In this document: positions 45,400 through 56,957 of the stretch, piece after piece | Position numbering within the stretch: position 1 is the stretch's first letter | Layout: each line of letters starts with the position of its first letter | Assembly: GCF_964188315.1 (NCBI RefSeq) | Contig: NC_135661.1 | Location: 44,950,001-45,014,000, forward strand | Source of the DNA: Podarcis muralis | Lineage: Eukaryota | Length of the DNA: 64,000 bases | Reading direction: 5' to 3' | Program-made: the position numbers and the translations under genes | The notes under the pieces: generated by a model | What the model was told of the DNA's origin: nothing | Database searches by the model: none | What the model saw: the letters and a program-made list of their open reading frames with translations, nothing else

Positions 45400-46600
45400 C
45401 ATGAGGCCCTTAGGAGGTCTACAAGCAGCCCTGCAAGGTAGACCCGATCAGTGTCGAGTCTACTTCCTAGTCCACTACAGGGCGGGGGCTCCGGTCGCAG
45501 GCTGCACGAAGCAGCGGGCCTGGTCTACGCGGCTCCTTGCCCTTAAAGCCGCGGGACGGGCGCCTGAGCGACAGCGTGCGCGAGAAAGGCGGGTCAGCAT
45601 CCCGAGTCCAGCAGCCTTGTCGGGAGCGCACCGACGCGGAGCGTCCGCCTCCCCCACGTGTTCGTAGCGCCGTCGGGTTCCTCCCCACTCCGCCCGGTGT
45701 GGCATCCCCGCCTCAGGCATTGGGGGGCCGAAAGGCCGGCCACGCGTGGTAAGCGAGAAGCAGCGCCCCCGTCGTCCTCGGAGCTCTCGGCTGATGGGCG
45801 GAGATGGAGGATGGCGGAGCCTGGACGGCGCGCACCACCTTGCAGGGGGCTGGCCTGGGCGCAGAGCCCACCTCCCGCAGAGGGGGCTGCTCGGCCTCCC
45901 GCCCTGGACCGGCCCCTCCTTGGCGCCTCCCTCCGGCGGCCGCTCCGGGACGCGGCGGCGGCCACGTCTGAAAGCGGCTCATTGTCTGTCGGCGGAGCAG
46001 CGGCGGCGGCACCTGGAGCGACCCGGCGAGGGCAGCAAGCCAGTCAGCCAGCGCGTCTCAGCCCCCAGGCCCCGCCTGCTCCCTGTTTTCCAAATTTCCC
46101 ACGTCTCGGAGGAAAGGGCTCGTGAGTCTTGGCCGAGGTGAGCAGCCGAAACGGGGCAGCCGCGGGGACTCCGGCCCAGGACGGCAGCTGGGGGTTCTGC
46201 CTCCTCTCCCGGAGGCAGCAGCAGATTCCCTCTGCTTGGCCGTCTCCCCCCGCCCGCCCTCGCTCTCCTCCACTTCCACTCATCTCATGGGGGACCGGAG
46301 AATCAGGCCCGCGCGGCGTCGAGGACTTCGAGGTCTGTGCGCCGCCAAACTTGGAGGCGCGGCAGGCGTAACTCAGAGAACGAAAGAAGCCGCGACGGCC
46401 TTGGAGCGCGTGCAGAGTGCGCCCTTATCCAAGCAGCGTCCTTTGGGCGGACGGCGCGGCTGAAGCCCGGGCGCATCTCAAGCAGCCGCCCTTAAGCTCT
46501 CGGGTCGGGAGAAACGTGCATCGCTCTGGGCTTCCTCCTGCAACTGCCTGCCTCGCTGCTTGGCGGTGGATGGCTCACTTTGGCACAGCTCCGGGGTCTC
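45400..46600 (+). promoter_or_regulatory. CpG island, probable CHST6 promoter and non-coding first exon(s)
   Basis: Very CpG-rich with no recognisable coding frame. Candidate donors GTGAGT (46122) and GTGAGC (46138). The CHST6 coding exon starts after an acceptor at 47880. Confidence 0.6.
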
Positions 46601-46874
46601 TTCCTCCTCCTGGCACTGGTTGCAGTTGGTATCCTTTTGCACAGGCTCTGCTTGGAAGTTGACTCTGACTGGGTCATATGTCACGGGAAAAGTTATGCTT
46701 TACTTGAGTTTTGTTTTTTTTGGGGGGGGGAGTGATGGTTACTTGCATTTTCTGCACAGATTGTGCAAATGAACTAGAACTGTACCCTATACTCTGCCTT
46801 GATCTCCTTGGAATAAAGGTGGGATAGAGCTATGGACAACAAATAAATACTTAAAAAACAGTTTTGTCCATCTC

Positions 46875-47210
46875 TGGATCTAATGGTCAGGGGTCCCTTT
46901 ACCTTTATGTTTACTTGCCAATCAGAAGGTTGCGGTTCGAATCCCCGTGATGGGGTGAGCTCCCGTTGCTCGGTCCCTGCTCCTGCCAACCTAGCAGTTC
47001 AAAAGCACGAAGTGCAAGTAGATAAATAGGTACCGCTCCAGCGTTTCCATGCGCTGCTCTGGTTTTGCCAGAAACGGCTTAGTTATGCTGGCCACATGAC
47101 CCGGAAGCTGTACACCGGCTCCCTTGGCCAGTAAAGCGAGATGAGCTCCACAACTCCAGAGTCGTCCACGACTGGACCTAATGGTCAGGGGTCCCTTTAC
47201 CTTTACCTTT
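46875..47210 (+). mobile_element. Sauria-type SINE: 3' stub (46875-46907) followed by a 5'-truncated copy (46913-47210)
   Basis: The tail GTCAGGGGTCCCTTTACCTTTA occurs twice. Confidence 0.85.
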
Positions 47211-47901
47211 TTACTCATTTAGTATAAGTACGGTACTTCAAAGCTAAAGGAGATGAGGCTGACCTTTAGCTCTTCTCCCCTCCCCACAGTATCTCCAAAA
47301 TTAGGCTGAGAAAGACCCCTGTTAGTAAACTGGTAAACCTCTATGGAGACCAACCTTTGCCAGTCTGGTGGTGTCTTCCAGATGTTTTGAACTACAAGTC
47401 TTTCACCTTGCCTATGCTGGCTGGGGCTGATGGGAGCTGCTGCAGTCCACTAGTCCCTGCACACTTTCCCCTGCAGATTAGAAGACAAGACACATCTAAC
47501 TGTTTTCAAAAGATAACTTGAGATTTTCAGAATGCTAAATTGAGCTTTGGGTCTTGCATTCTGTCCTTCCACACACAGCAGAATACAATCAATGTGGAAT
47601 AAAGACTGCCTCCATTGCCCTGTTTCCCCCCCACCCGAACAGCAGTGTGTTTGTTCCAAACTCTTTTGTACTCTCTGAGCATCCCTATTGTCTCATCCTC
47701 CAGCCTGCTGTTTTTCATGGCTCTCACTGACATGCATATCTGAACTGGTTAGTCGTTTCCGGGCGTTATCAATACAATATGTATGGCAACCCAGGCTGTT
47801 ACTTGTTTGCATGCAAGATCCTTGTGTGTCATCGTCATCCTACTGAAAACTTAACAGCTCCCCCTCTCTTTTTCCTCCAGTTGTGCTCTGCTTCAGCCAG
47901 A

Positions 47902-49080
47902 ATGGTGAGGATCCGAATATCCAGCACTACAGTTGCAATCTTCCTTGTGATTCAGACAGGATTTCTACTGTTTTTGTGTGTTCAGCATGGTGGCTTTATG
48001 TCTCAGTCTGAAGAGAAACCACCCCAGGTGCACATTCTCATCCTCTCCTCCTGGAGGTCAGGGTCTTCCTTTGTCGGGCAGCTCTTCAGCCAACACCCTG
48101 ATGTCTTCTACTTGATGGAGCCAGCCTGGCACGTGTGGGTAACCATGTACCAAAACAGCGCCAAGGTCTTGCACATGGCAGTGCGGGACCTCATCCGGTC
48201 AGTCTTCAAGTGTGACATGTCGGTCTTCGATGCCTACCTGCCCTGGAAGAGAAATGTGTCAGATCTTTTCCAGTGGGCAGTGAGCCGTGCCTTGTGCACA
48301 GATCCTGTTTGTGAATTGTTCCACCGCACTGATATCACCAGTGAAAGTGCCTGCAAGGCTGTCTGTGGGAAGTCTCCCTTCAGCAAAGTGGAAGAGGCCT
48401 GCAAGAGCTATAGCCACGTTGTCCTGAAGGAAGTCCGGATCTTTGACCTCAAGGTGCTTTATCCTCTCCTCACTGACCCCTCCCTGAACCTCAAAGTCAT
48501 CCACCTCGTCCGTGACCCCAGAGCTGTTGTGAAATCCCGGGAGCAATCAGCAAAAGCTCTTGCCCGTGACAATGGGATTGTCTTGAGCATGAATGGCACA
48601 AAAGTGGAAGATGGCCAGTACAAAGTCCTGCAGGAGATCTGTAGAAGCCATGTTCAGATTTATGAAACAGCAACCCTGAAACCTCCAAGTTTTCTGAAAG
48701 ATCGTTACTTGATGATCCGGTTTGAAGATCTTGTACGAGATCCTTTAGTGGAAATTACAGCAATGTATAAATTTTCAGGTCTTCAGCTGACCAGCAAACT
48801 TGAAAACTGGATCTATAATATCACCCATGGACAAGGGCCAAGTAGGAAGAGGGAGGCCTTCCAAATCACTTCCCGAGATGCAGTCAATGTCTCCCAGGCA
48901 TGGAGGACTGTTCTTTCGTTTCAGAAAGTCAAGCAAGTGCAAGAGGTTTGCAAGGGTGCCTTAAATATACTCGGATACCAACTTGTAGATTCTGAGAAAG
49001 AACAGAAAGATTTGTCATTCGATTTAGTGTTGCCACATCGAAAAAGTCAATTCAGCTGGGCATCCTTTAGTGAAAATTAG
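47902..49080 (+). CDS. CHST6: Carbohydrate sulfotransferase 6 (GlcNAc-6-O-sulfotransferase, CHST5/6 orthologue), single coding exon, 392 aa
   Basis: Type II TM N-terminus [25 protein letters not shown]; 5'-[15 protein letters not shown]; EPAWHVW; [18 protein letters not shown]; 3'-[11 protein letters not shown]. The acceptor TTCCTCCAG at 47880 argues against the upstream in-frame ATG at 47779. Confidence 0.93.
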   Translation: MVRIRISSTTVAIFLVIQTGFLLFLCVQHGGFMSQSEEKPPQVHILILSSWRSGSSFVGQLFSQHPDVFYLMEPAWHVWVTMYQNSAKVLHMAVRDLIRSVFKCDMSVFDAYLPWKRNVSDLFQWAVSRALCTDPVCELFHRTDITSESACKAVCGKSPFSKVEEACKSYSHVVLKEVRIFDLKVLYPLLTDPSLNLKVIHLVRDPRAVVKSREQSAKALARDNGIVLSMNGTKVEDGQYKVLQEICRSHVQIYETATLKPPSFLKDRYLMIRFEDLVRDPLVEITAMYKFSGLQLTSKLENWIYNITHGQGPSRKREAFQITSRDAVNVSQAWRTVLSFQKVKQVQEVCKGALNILGYQLVDSEKEQKDLSFDLVLPHRKSQFSWASFSEN

Positions 49081-50492
49081 GGGAAGTATGACTATCTGTA
49101 ATCTCTTCTTCGTTGCCCAGGTAACTGGAAAATATTTATTTTGATTGCTGAATTCTGTGCTTCTAGTTATCGTCCTTTTTGCCATTTACATAAACTAGGG
49201 CAAATGGAATAAAGGGGTGATATGTAGTTCGCAGAAATATATCCTATTGGATCAGTCGTTCTACCACACTGTCCTGCTATATTTGTAGGTATCAGGAATG
49301 CCTTTTTTTATTTAATAACAATGTAGAACTTCCAGAAACTGCATTATATTTGACATAACTCTTCAATACAAAATACTTTTCCTTTGCTTCTGAGAAAAGG
49401 GCAAGAAAGTAACTATGATATTCTGGGTTCTGCTTTTTTTAAAAACAAAATATGTTCACATGCTGGGCTGTCAAATTACTGATAAATGAGCTTTGGTCTT
49501 CTTTGCTCATGTTAGCTAACCCTCTGAATGGCCACCTTGTTTAGGGTGGAGGAGTTGAAAGAAAGCCCAATGTTGCTCTTCAAATGAACCATTTGGCTGC
49601 TGTCTGCTCTGGTGACAGACAATGGGCTGGTCCCTAAAATCATTATATATGTGTTATATATACGTGTGGGAGAAATCTCTGTATGCAGTACTGAATGCTC
49701 ACTTCTAATGAAGGCCATCACTGAACATGTAATCCTTTGTGCTTCATAGCTGCTAAAAAGATAGCGGGGAGAAAAGAAGGATTCTGCTAGGAAACTTGGG
49801 GCTTATTCTCTTCTTTCTCTTCAAAATTAAAATACTGCCATTGGATTGGACAGAGGACTATGCAAAGACTATGCAAATTGGACAGATGACTATGCAAAGA
49901 TTGTTCAATGCTTCTTAATGTGGCTGCCATATGCAGGTACTTTGGAATATTTCTCCAGAGGCACTTGCTGGTTGCTTTCTTTCTAACTTTGGCTGGGGTC
50001 CTAGCATCTGTTTGTAATGTCACTGAGCTGACCATGGGCCTCAGATATTTCCCCGGAAGGAGAGAACCTGCACCTATTGGAGATTTCTTTCCCCATGAAT
50101 GGAGTTCCTCAGCCAAAGGCACACTTCACTGTGCAGAGCCTGTACTGTTAATCCAGAATCCAAATTGCAGAGATGTGGGAATGGGTCCCACCATCCAGGA
50201 TCCTGAAGTGGATGGGGGGAAAAGCAGTGGATAGTTTCTCAAAAGTGGAATGCTGGGAATCAGTTGTGCCTCTGGAAGCCCCTGCTCCCCACAGCAAGTC
50301 ATGTTTTGGAAGCTGTACAGCTGAACCACAGGCTGGGATGGGGGTTGGGGGTGTGTGGGGAAGTTTGTGTTGGGGGGGGGGTAATCTTTTCCCCTCACAC
50401 ATTTATTCTGCTATTAGAATGGGCTCTGGGGCTCCCTTCCAGTTCAGGTTTGCGTTGGGGCTGAATCCCACTGCTTTGTACCTTTGTATGTT

Positions 50493-50498
50493 AATAAA
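50493..50498 (+). terminator. Candidate CHST6 polyadenylation signal AATAAA
   Basis: AATAAA about 1.4 kb after the stop, followed by a GT-rich stretch; unverified. Confidence 0.4.
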
Positions 50499-50823
50499 AG
50501 TGCTATTACCATAAGTCTGTGGTGAATTCTCACTTAGAGAACCATTTGCTAATCAGGTTTCCATGAGGAAGGCCAAGTAGATGTGACCAAGATGTGACAC
50601 CCCTTAAATTGGGGGGGGGAGTTTCCAGACTGAATGGAGGGGGGATGCTTCTCAATTCATAGATACTGCAGAGATAAATGATTAACACTCTGGTAATATT
50701 TGAATGTGGGGCATCCAACACAATCTATAGCAGGTTCAGAAGACACGGGGAATTCCATCACACACTAATCAATTCGCCTGTGGAATTGTTTGCCACTGAA
50801 TGTTGTATATATAAATTCAATAA

Positions 50824-50824
<1 letters not shown>

Positions 50825-50861
<37 letters not shown>
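50825..50861. repeat. (GAT)n microsatellite
   Basis: About 12 GAT/TGA units. Confidence 0.9.
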
Positions 50862-53503
50862 CATTTCTGGCTCCAAGAGAATTAAATTGGTCTTTCAGTG
50901 GCCTCAATAGACAAGGCATTGCAAAATGCAGCCAGGAATATCACAGGCTATACTCTCAGGGTTGTGCTTTTTCTACATCTCTGAGTGACCTATAAAGAAA
51001 AGCTGCTTCAAATGACAATGTTGTAGGACACTTTAAAGCATGGCTTGCTATGCTGTGGATCTTCAGATGTTGTTGGTCTACAACTCCCAGAGTTCCTGAT
51101 TGCTGGAATGGCCATGCTGGCTGCCTGAAGTGGACGGGATTTGGGAATCTCACCAACATCTGGAGGGTCACAGGTCAGCTACTTCTGCTTCAAAGAGTAA
51201 TAAAAAAAATTCAGTTTCACCTTTCCTAGATTAAACCTCAAGAGAAGGTCTCACCTGTGGAAGCAAGTTCATGCTACAGAACAATATATTCATTAGAAGA
51301 GGATGGGGCAGCTGGGTTAGCTGAGGCTTTGCCTTCCTGCCTGTCCACCTGAGCTGCTGGGCTTTGGCAGGAGCAGGGGGAAGGAGACTCACTGCAGCCA
51401 CCACTTGGATAGCTTCTGGGACAGGAAATCTGGGAAACTTGGAGGGATGCTGTCTTTGTGCAGTCAAGGGGTTAAGGTTGCTGAGATTTACTTATATTTA
51501 TTTCTTTATTTAATCTGTATCTTGCACATCCTCCCAAAGGAGCCCAGTCCTGTGGGGAACAGCTGTGCCATTGCTGTGGTGGCTGGCTGCTTCTTCTCTC
51601 CCATTAATCTTTGAGCCCTGGAGGTGGGTGTGCTCCCCTTGTTTGTGACATCTCCATCCAGCACTTTGGGCAAGTCCTCCAAGGGTATGTGGGACACTGG
51701 TCCAGGACAATGAGCTTGTGAGCTGTCCATGGTGTTGACAGTCCTGCTGCTCTTCTCTGTGCATACAGGCATGCTGCTCCTCTGCAGATCAGCAGCCACC
51801 ATAGATTTGGTGCTTACCCTCCCAACAGCTGCCTCTCTCAGTGCCATCTCCACCATGTCACAGGTACCCCTCCATAGGATACTGAAGTGCCACAACTCCA
51901 ACCTGCAGCACACCCCCAACTGGTGCCCCTGCTGCCCCCAAGGCCACCTTCAAAGCTGGGCCTTGGGATAATGGAAGAGAATCAGGAGGAGCTGCCACCT
52001 CCAGTGTGTGTGAAAGTCTTGGGGGAAGGGAGTTTCCACTCCTAGCAATTTTGGAGGTCAGCCCTGCCTAGTTGCTGAGGATGACAGGGTGAGTGATGCT
52101 GCTACCCTGTTTGAGACACAGACTGAGTCCTTGGCAGGTAGTGTTGGCAAGGAGGAGAAGGGTATTGGTGGTGGTGGGAGCCTTAGGGCGGAAACTGTGG
52201 TGCTAGTGTATCATGCCCTTGTAGTGAAGAATGTGGGTGTCTTGGTGGTGGAGGTCACTGTCCAGCTATCCACATGTGTATGTCCTGCAGCCAGAGCTGT
52301 CGCTGAGGTCTTGTTGCTTTGTGGCAACTGTGGAGTGTAGGAGGCTGGTTGGTGCATGTGGCCAGAGGTGGCAGTTGCTTCACCACACTCCAGGTGGGTA
52401 ATGGAGATCTGGTGGTGCAGGTTTGCACACTCAGTGCTGTGGCACCACGTCCACAGGCACTGAGAGACTCTTTGCTGCCTCCTTGGGCTGGAGCAATCAG
52501 ATCCTACATGTGGTAAGAAATGTGGGGTCTCCATCACAGAGGAATTTGGTGAACTCTCCCTGCTTCTCTATAAGCTGGCGCAAGTGGCTGGTGATCACAG
52601 TGGCCTGGCTGGCATATCTGCCTGTGTGGATCTCCCTGGCTATGCAGTCTTCTTGCAAGATGCCACTGGTGCACTTGGCCTTTGCACCAGCAGCAGGTCT
52701 GATCTGGCTTGCATTTCTGCCCCCAGCTGTCTTTGCTCATGCAGCCCCACCTGCCTGCCAAGCCCTTGAGGTTTGACTGCTCCTTGTCATGTCTGGACCA
52801 CTGATCTATGGGGTGCCTACTGGGGGTTGGTGGGGAGCGAGGATTGCAGAAATCTTTGCTACTATGAACTCCTTTTCTCCTTTGGTATGTTGCTTAATTG
52901 TTTCTTTCATGTCAATAAGGAGCAGTTTTTTGCACTGTGCTCTCTGGTTCCATGGGATCATTGGTGTGTGATGGGGCTGCAGGCATTTGTGTGTGTTGGG
53001 GCAGTGATGATCCACCTGTGGTTGAGATGCCACAAGTTGCTGCTAAGTATAGTTGCTTATGGGGTGTAGGGGGCTATGCAGCATGTGTTTTGGTTACTAA
53101 TAGGTCATGTGTGTGGTGCTCAGTGTAGCAGTGCATTCTGGGAGCTAAGTCTGGATTGGCTTTTCTGGGTGAGATTGCTATGGACATGACAGCCATTGGG
53201 ACATGCCTACACTCCTGCTGCTGACTGTTTTCCCTTTCCTAGCACTGGCCCCTCTCAGCAGATTATTACAGGATAGATGGTGATGCTACCTTGCAGGGCC
53301 GTGCTATATGTACATGCTGAACTTAAATTGTTCATTGCCTCTTAAATTCAGAAAGGGTTAGGATGTCTGCTTGTCTGTTTGGGGGATTCCCCCTGCCTCG
53401 CCCTTCCAACACAGGCACACTTCCCTCAGAATAAAACAGAATAAAATGAACTCTATTAGACTAATAGAGTTAAAGAGTCGCTAATATAATATAGACTATA
53501 GCT

Positions 53504-53635
53504 TAAGGTTACCAGATTTTTTCCAATGCTTCCAGGGACACTTTTCAACTTCAATAGGAATGATAGGATTTGTCAGAGGACTGATTTGTAAATCCGGGGA
53601 CTGTCCTTGGGAAACGGGGATGTCTGGTACCCTTA
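53504..53635. mobile_element. 132-bp hAT MITE
   Basis: TIR TAAGGTTACCAGA / TCTGGTACCCTTA; 8-bp TSD CTATAGCT at 53496-53503 and 53636-53643. Confidence 0.85.
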
Positions 53636-53790
53636 CTATAGCTCCCAGTATCCTTTGCCTTTATCCCTGTTGGCTGGGGTCTCTGGGAATTGCAGTTCGC
53701 CTCTTTCTCTGTTGTGTATTAAAACTTAGTCAGTAAAGTCCTTAAATAGTACTTTTCTGTCACCTGGTGACAAAAAAGTATAACTGCAGC

Positions 53791-54470
53791 CAGTGGCGTA
53801 GCGTGGGGGGTGCCAGGGGTGCCGGCCGCACCGGGCGCAACGTTTTGGGGGGCGCGTTTGGCCGGCCCCCCTCGAGGAAGCGGGAACCTCTCCAAGGCAC
53901 AGCGTGCCGTCGGTAGAGGAAAAAAGCCGCGCAGCAGCAGCAGCAGCAAAGTCGGGAGGAGGAGGAGGTGGAGCGAGCCTGCTAATTCCTTGCTGGGAAT
54001 TAAGCGGCTCAAGACTCTCTCCACTGGCCGCCTGGGTAGTGAGCTGAGCCGAGCAGGGAGTCTGGCGAGGGGGTGGGAAGAGACTTTCCCCCCTTTTTTC
54101 CACCTCGCCTGGTCAAAAAGGAGAGCGGAGTCTCCTCAGGGCGCCCTCAGGCAGGGCAGGGAAAGGCAAGCAGAGCGAGGAGGAGAGAGGGGGGAGGGGG
54201 GGAGCAGCCAGGAAACGCCGCGGTGTGGAGGAGGAATCAATTTAGGAGAGAAAGCGAAAAGCCTTGGAGAAAGGGGAAAAAGGAAAGAAAAGAGGCAGCT
54301 CCAGGAGAGCGCGGGGGAAAGAGAAGCCTCGCTGCTGCTGCTTGGGAGAGTAAATTACTGTACTTGCCTTGCCCCGGGTTAGGGGGCGCAAATTACTTGC
54401 CTTGCCCCGGGTTAGGGGGCGCAAATTACTTGCCTTGCCCCGGGTGCTGATAACCCACGCTACGCCGCTG
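53791..54470. mobile_element. 680-bp GC-rich non-autonomous hAT element
   Basis: 17-bp TIR CAGTGGCGTAGCGTGGG / CCCACGCTACGCCGCTG (1 mismatch); perfect 8-bp TSD ACTGCAGC at 53783-53790 and 54471-54478. Confidence 0.93.
54361..54445. repeat. 33-bp tandem repeat (about 2.6 copies) inside the hAT element
   Basis: Unit TACTTGCCTTGCCCCGGGTTAGGGGGCGCAAAT. Confidence 0.92.
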
Positions 54471-54572
54471 ACTGCAGCCTCTTTCTGCCCACTGCAAGCA
54501 TAGTGTGGTAAACTCCTCTAACTGTAGCCTGTTTCTACCAACTCTGCTGCCATCTGGTGGCAGAATAGTATA

Positions 54573-54931
54573 AAGGTAAAGGTAAAGGTACCCCTGCCCA
54601 TACGGGCCAGTCGTGTCCGACTCTAGGGTTGTGCGCCCATCTCACTTAAGAGGCCGGGGGCCAGCACTGTCCGCAGACACTTCCGGGTCACGTGGCTAGC
54701 GTGACGAAGCTGCTCTGGCGAGCCAGCACCAGCGCAGCACACGGAAACACCGTTTACCTTCCCGCTATAAAGCGGTACCTATTTATCTACTTGCACTTAG
54801 GGGTGCTTTTGAACTGCTAGGTGGGCAGGAGCTGGGACCGAAAGACAAGCTCACCCCGCCGTGGGGATTCAAACCGCCGACCATACGATCGGCAAGTCCT
54901 AGGCACTGAGGTTTTACCCACAGCGCCACCC
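54573..54931 (-). mobile_element. Sauria-type SINE, distinct subfamily, with 13-bp TSD
   Basis: GCAGAATAGTATA duplicated at 54560-54572 and 54932-54944. Tail ...GGCAGGGGTACCTTTACC differs from the other copies. Confidence 0.9.
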
Positions 54932-55244
54932 GCAGAATAGTATAGCTGCAGCATATTCCAACTCACTGGTGGCATGAGATGTTGGAGTTATCTATCTAAA
55001 ACAAATTTACGAACATATGAAGTATGACTAAACAGGATGTCAAAATTGAATAAACAAAATATAAATATCAAAGTAAACAAAAAATATAAATCTGCCTCTC
55101 TTCAATTGACACACGCATAGACACTCTCACATGCTCACTCTCTTGCTACCTCCTAACACCTTAGGGCAGCATGACTGGTTCCACTGCACTGGGCCCAAAC
55201 CTTTTAATACAGTAGAAAACTTATACCTCCCAAGTTCAGAAATG

Positions 55245-55430
55245 CCTATAGCACAGTATTAGACGATATGCTTTGCATGCAGAAGGTCCCAGGTTCAATG
55301 CTCAGCATCTCCAGGTAGGGCTGGGAATGCTCCCTGCCTGAAACAATGGAGAGCAAATGCCAGTCAATGCAGACAGCGCAAAACTAGATGGACCAATAGT
55401 CTGAGTAAAAGGCATATCCCTGTGTTCCTC
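55245..55430 (+). mobile_element. tRNA-derived SINE (Squam2-like), degraded
   Basis: tttgcatgcagaaggtcccaggttcaa (B-box-like)...catctccaggtagggctggga...ctagatggaccaat. Confidence 0.7.
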
Positions 55431-56302
55431 TGTTCCTGAAGATGCCTGGCTTTTGCTTTTGTTTTAAACCTGAACTTTTTGTTTTGCACCACGTTTGACT
55501 GAATAAATTCTAGAAGAATATTCAGTACCTGAGGAGGACATGAGGAGGACAGCATTGTGGACTACAATTTCATATACAATTGTGTAAATGAGGGGCAAAT
55601 ATTGCTAACATCCCTCAGGCAGTGAAACCTCTCTGCGCTCACATTGTGGACTGTGTCAGTGAGGCCTTAAAGTTCTCTCTCAGGACCATTATCCTGCCTT
55701 CCCTTATCTCACAGATATCTTTCTGCAATACGGTATGCAGAGCATCCTCAAGGTGCTGAATAATTTATCATTACCGCTGATAGGAGCCTTTCAGGAACAG
55801 GAAGGGAACATTCTCTCCTGGTGAGGCGACTCCTCATCTGAGCAGTCTTTCTCATCTCTTTGATGGTGACCCTTTTTGTGAACTGAAGGGAGAGAACTCT
55901 TCTCTGGTGAGCATAGGTGCCAACTCCCTGGGGCCCAGGGTACATGAGCACCCACAACATTCCCCATGAAGGCACCAGGCACCCACAAATTTCAGTGCCA
56001 GGGCCATACACGCTGCATGGCACTCCTGCTGGTGAGACGACAGCTTTCCTACTTGTTTGACACTGTAGACGGAACCCTTTGCTAGATTCAGTGTGTGGAT
56101 GTTTTAAGTATGGGAACCTCCAGACTGTCAATTTTTTTGTAGAAGGAATTCAAGCACATACTTTTTGTGCAATTAAAGTGGATGAACTGCCATAGGACAC
56201 CAAGCCCACTTTTAAGGGCTTTTTAAGAAAGTGACAGGGAAATGTGTTGCAAAGTGAATGAGCAAATTCCCTGCAAGCGAATTAGGATGAATGTTTGAAT
56301 CC

Positions 56303-56957
56303 TATGACTGGAATTTTGAGGTCTTAGATATATGTTAAATGTTCATAAGTGTACCAACCAAGCACGTACATTAATCAGCACAGGAAGACCAACCTGAAAC
56401 CATTTTTGATTCCCAAACTGACCAGGTGTTTTCTCTGCAAGGAGGGGAGGGGGTTGTCAATTTGCAAGCCCCCTCCACAGAGGCTGGCCCCTCTCACTGT
56501 CCTCGGAGCTTGCATACCGGTAACCTCCTCTGGCTGATATCCAGACAGACCAGGGAGATTTTGATAGGCGACATCAAAAGAACTTTGCTTCAGGATGAGA
56601 ACAGAAATCGTGCTCTGGCGGCATAGCGGCAGCAGAAGGCCCCATTAGCTAAAGTGATGCTTCAGGTTAAGAACAGTTTCAGGACCTCCAGAATGAATTA
56701 AGTACGTAACCAGGGGTACCACTGTATAAGGGCAGGCACACCTTGGTTCTGGGTTCCTCCTCCCTCCTGCATGTGGTGAGTGAGGACCTTGTTGCAACAG
56801 ATCAATAAAGATCAGGCTTGCTAGCTGCTTTGCTTCTCATTATTCTCTGGTTGGTCTCTGTTATTTTCTCCTAGCAATAGGGAACCTACATAAGGACTCT
56901 ATATGGGCTCTTGGATACAACATAAGGGGGGGGGGAGGCAGATTTTTGTTTACAACA
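56303..56957 (+). mobile_element. Solo LTR copy 1, containing the right half of a family-1 MITE (about 56578-56725)
   Basis: Ends ...GTTTACAACA; 4-bp TSD ATCC (56299-56302, 56958-56961); TATAA at about 56726 and AATAAA at 56804. Homologous to 59359-60462. Confidence 0.75.

Noticed and set aside
45475-46684. Many 70-155-aa ORFs on both strands in the CpG island
   Set aside because: Expected in very GC-rich DNA; low complexity, no recognisable protein or exon chain.
47779-47901. 41-aa N-terminal extension of CHST6 from the ORF track
   Set aside because: Lies upstream of a strong splice acceptor at 47880 and is unlike the known CHST6 N-terminus; probably intronic.
52540-52680. Minus-strand peptide TGRYASQATVITSHLRQLIEK resembling ParD-type antitoxin motifs
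   Set aside because: Short, flanked by stops, no partner toxin; coincidental in vertebrate intergenic DNA.
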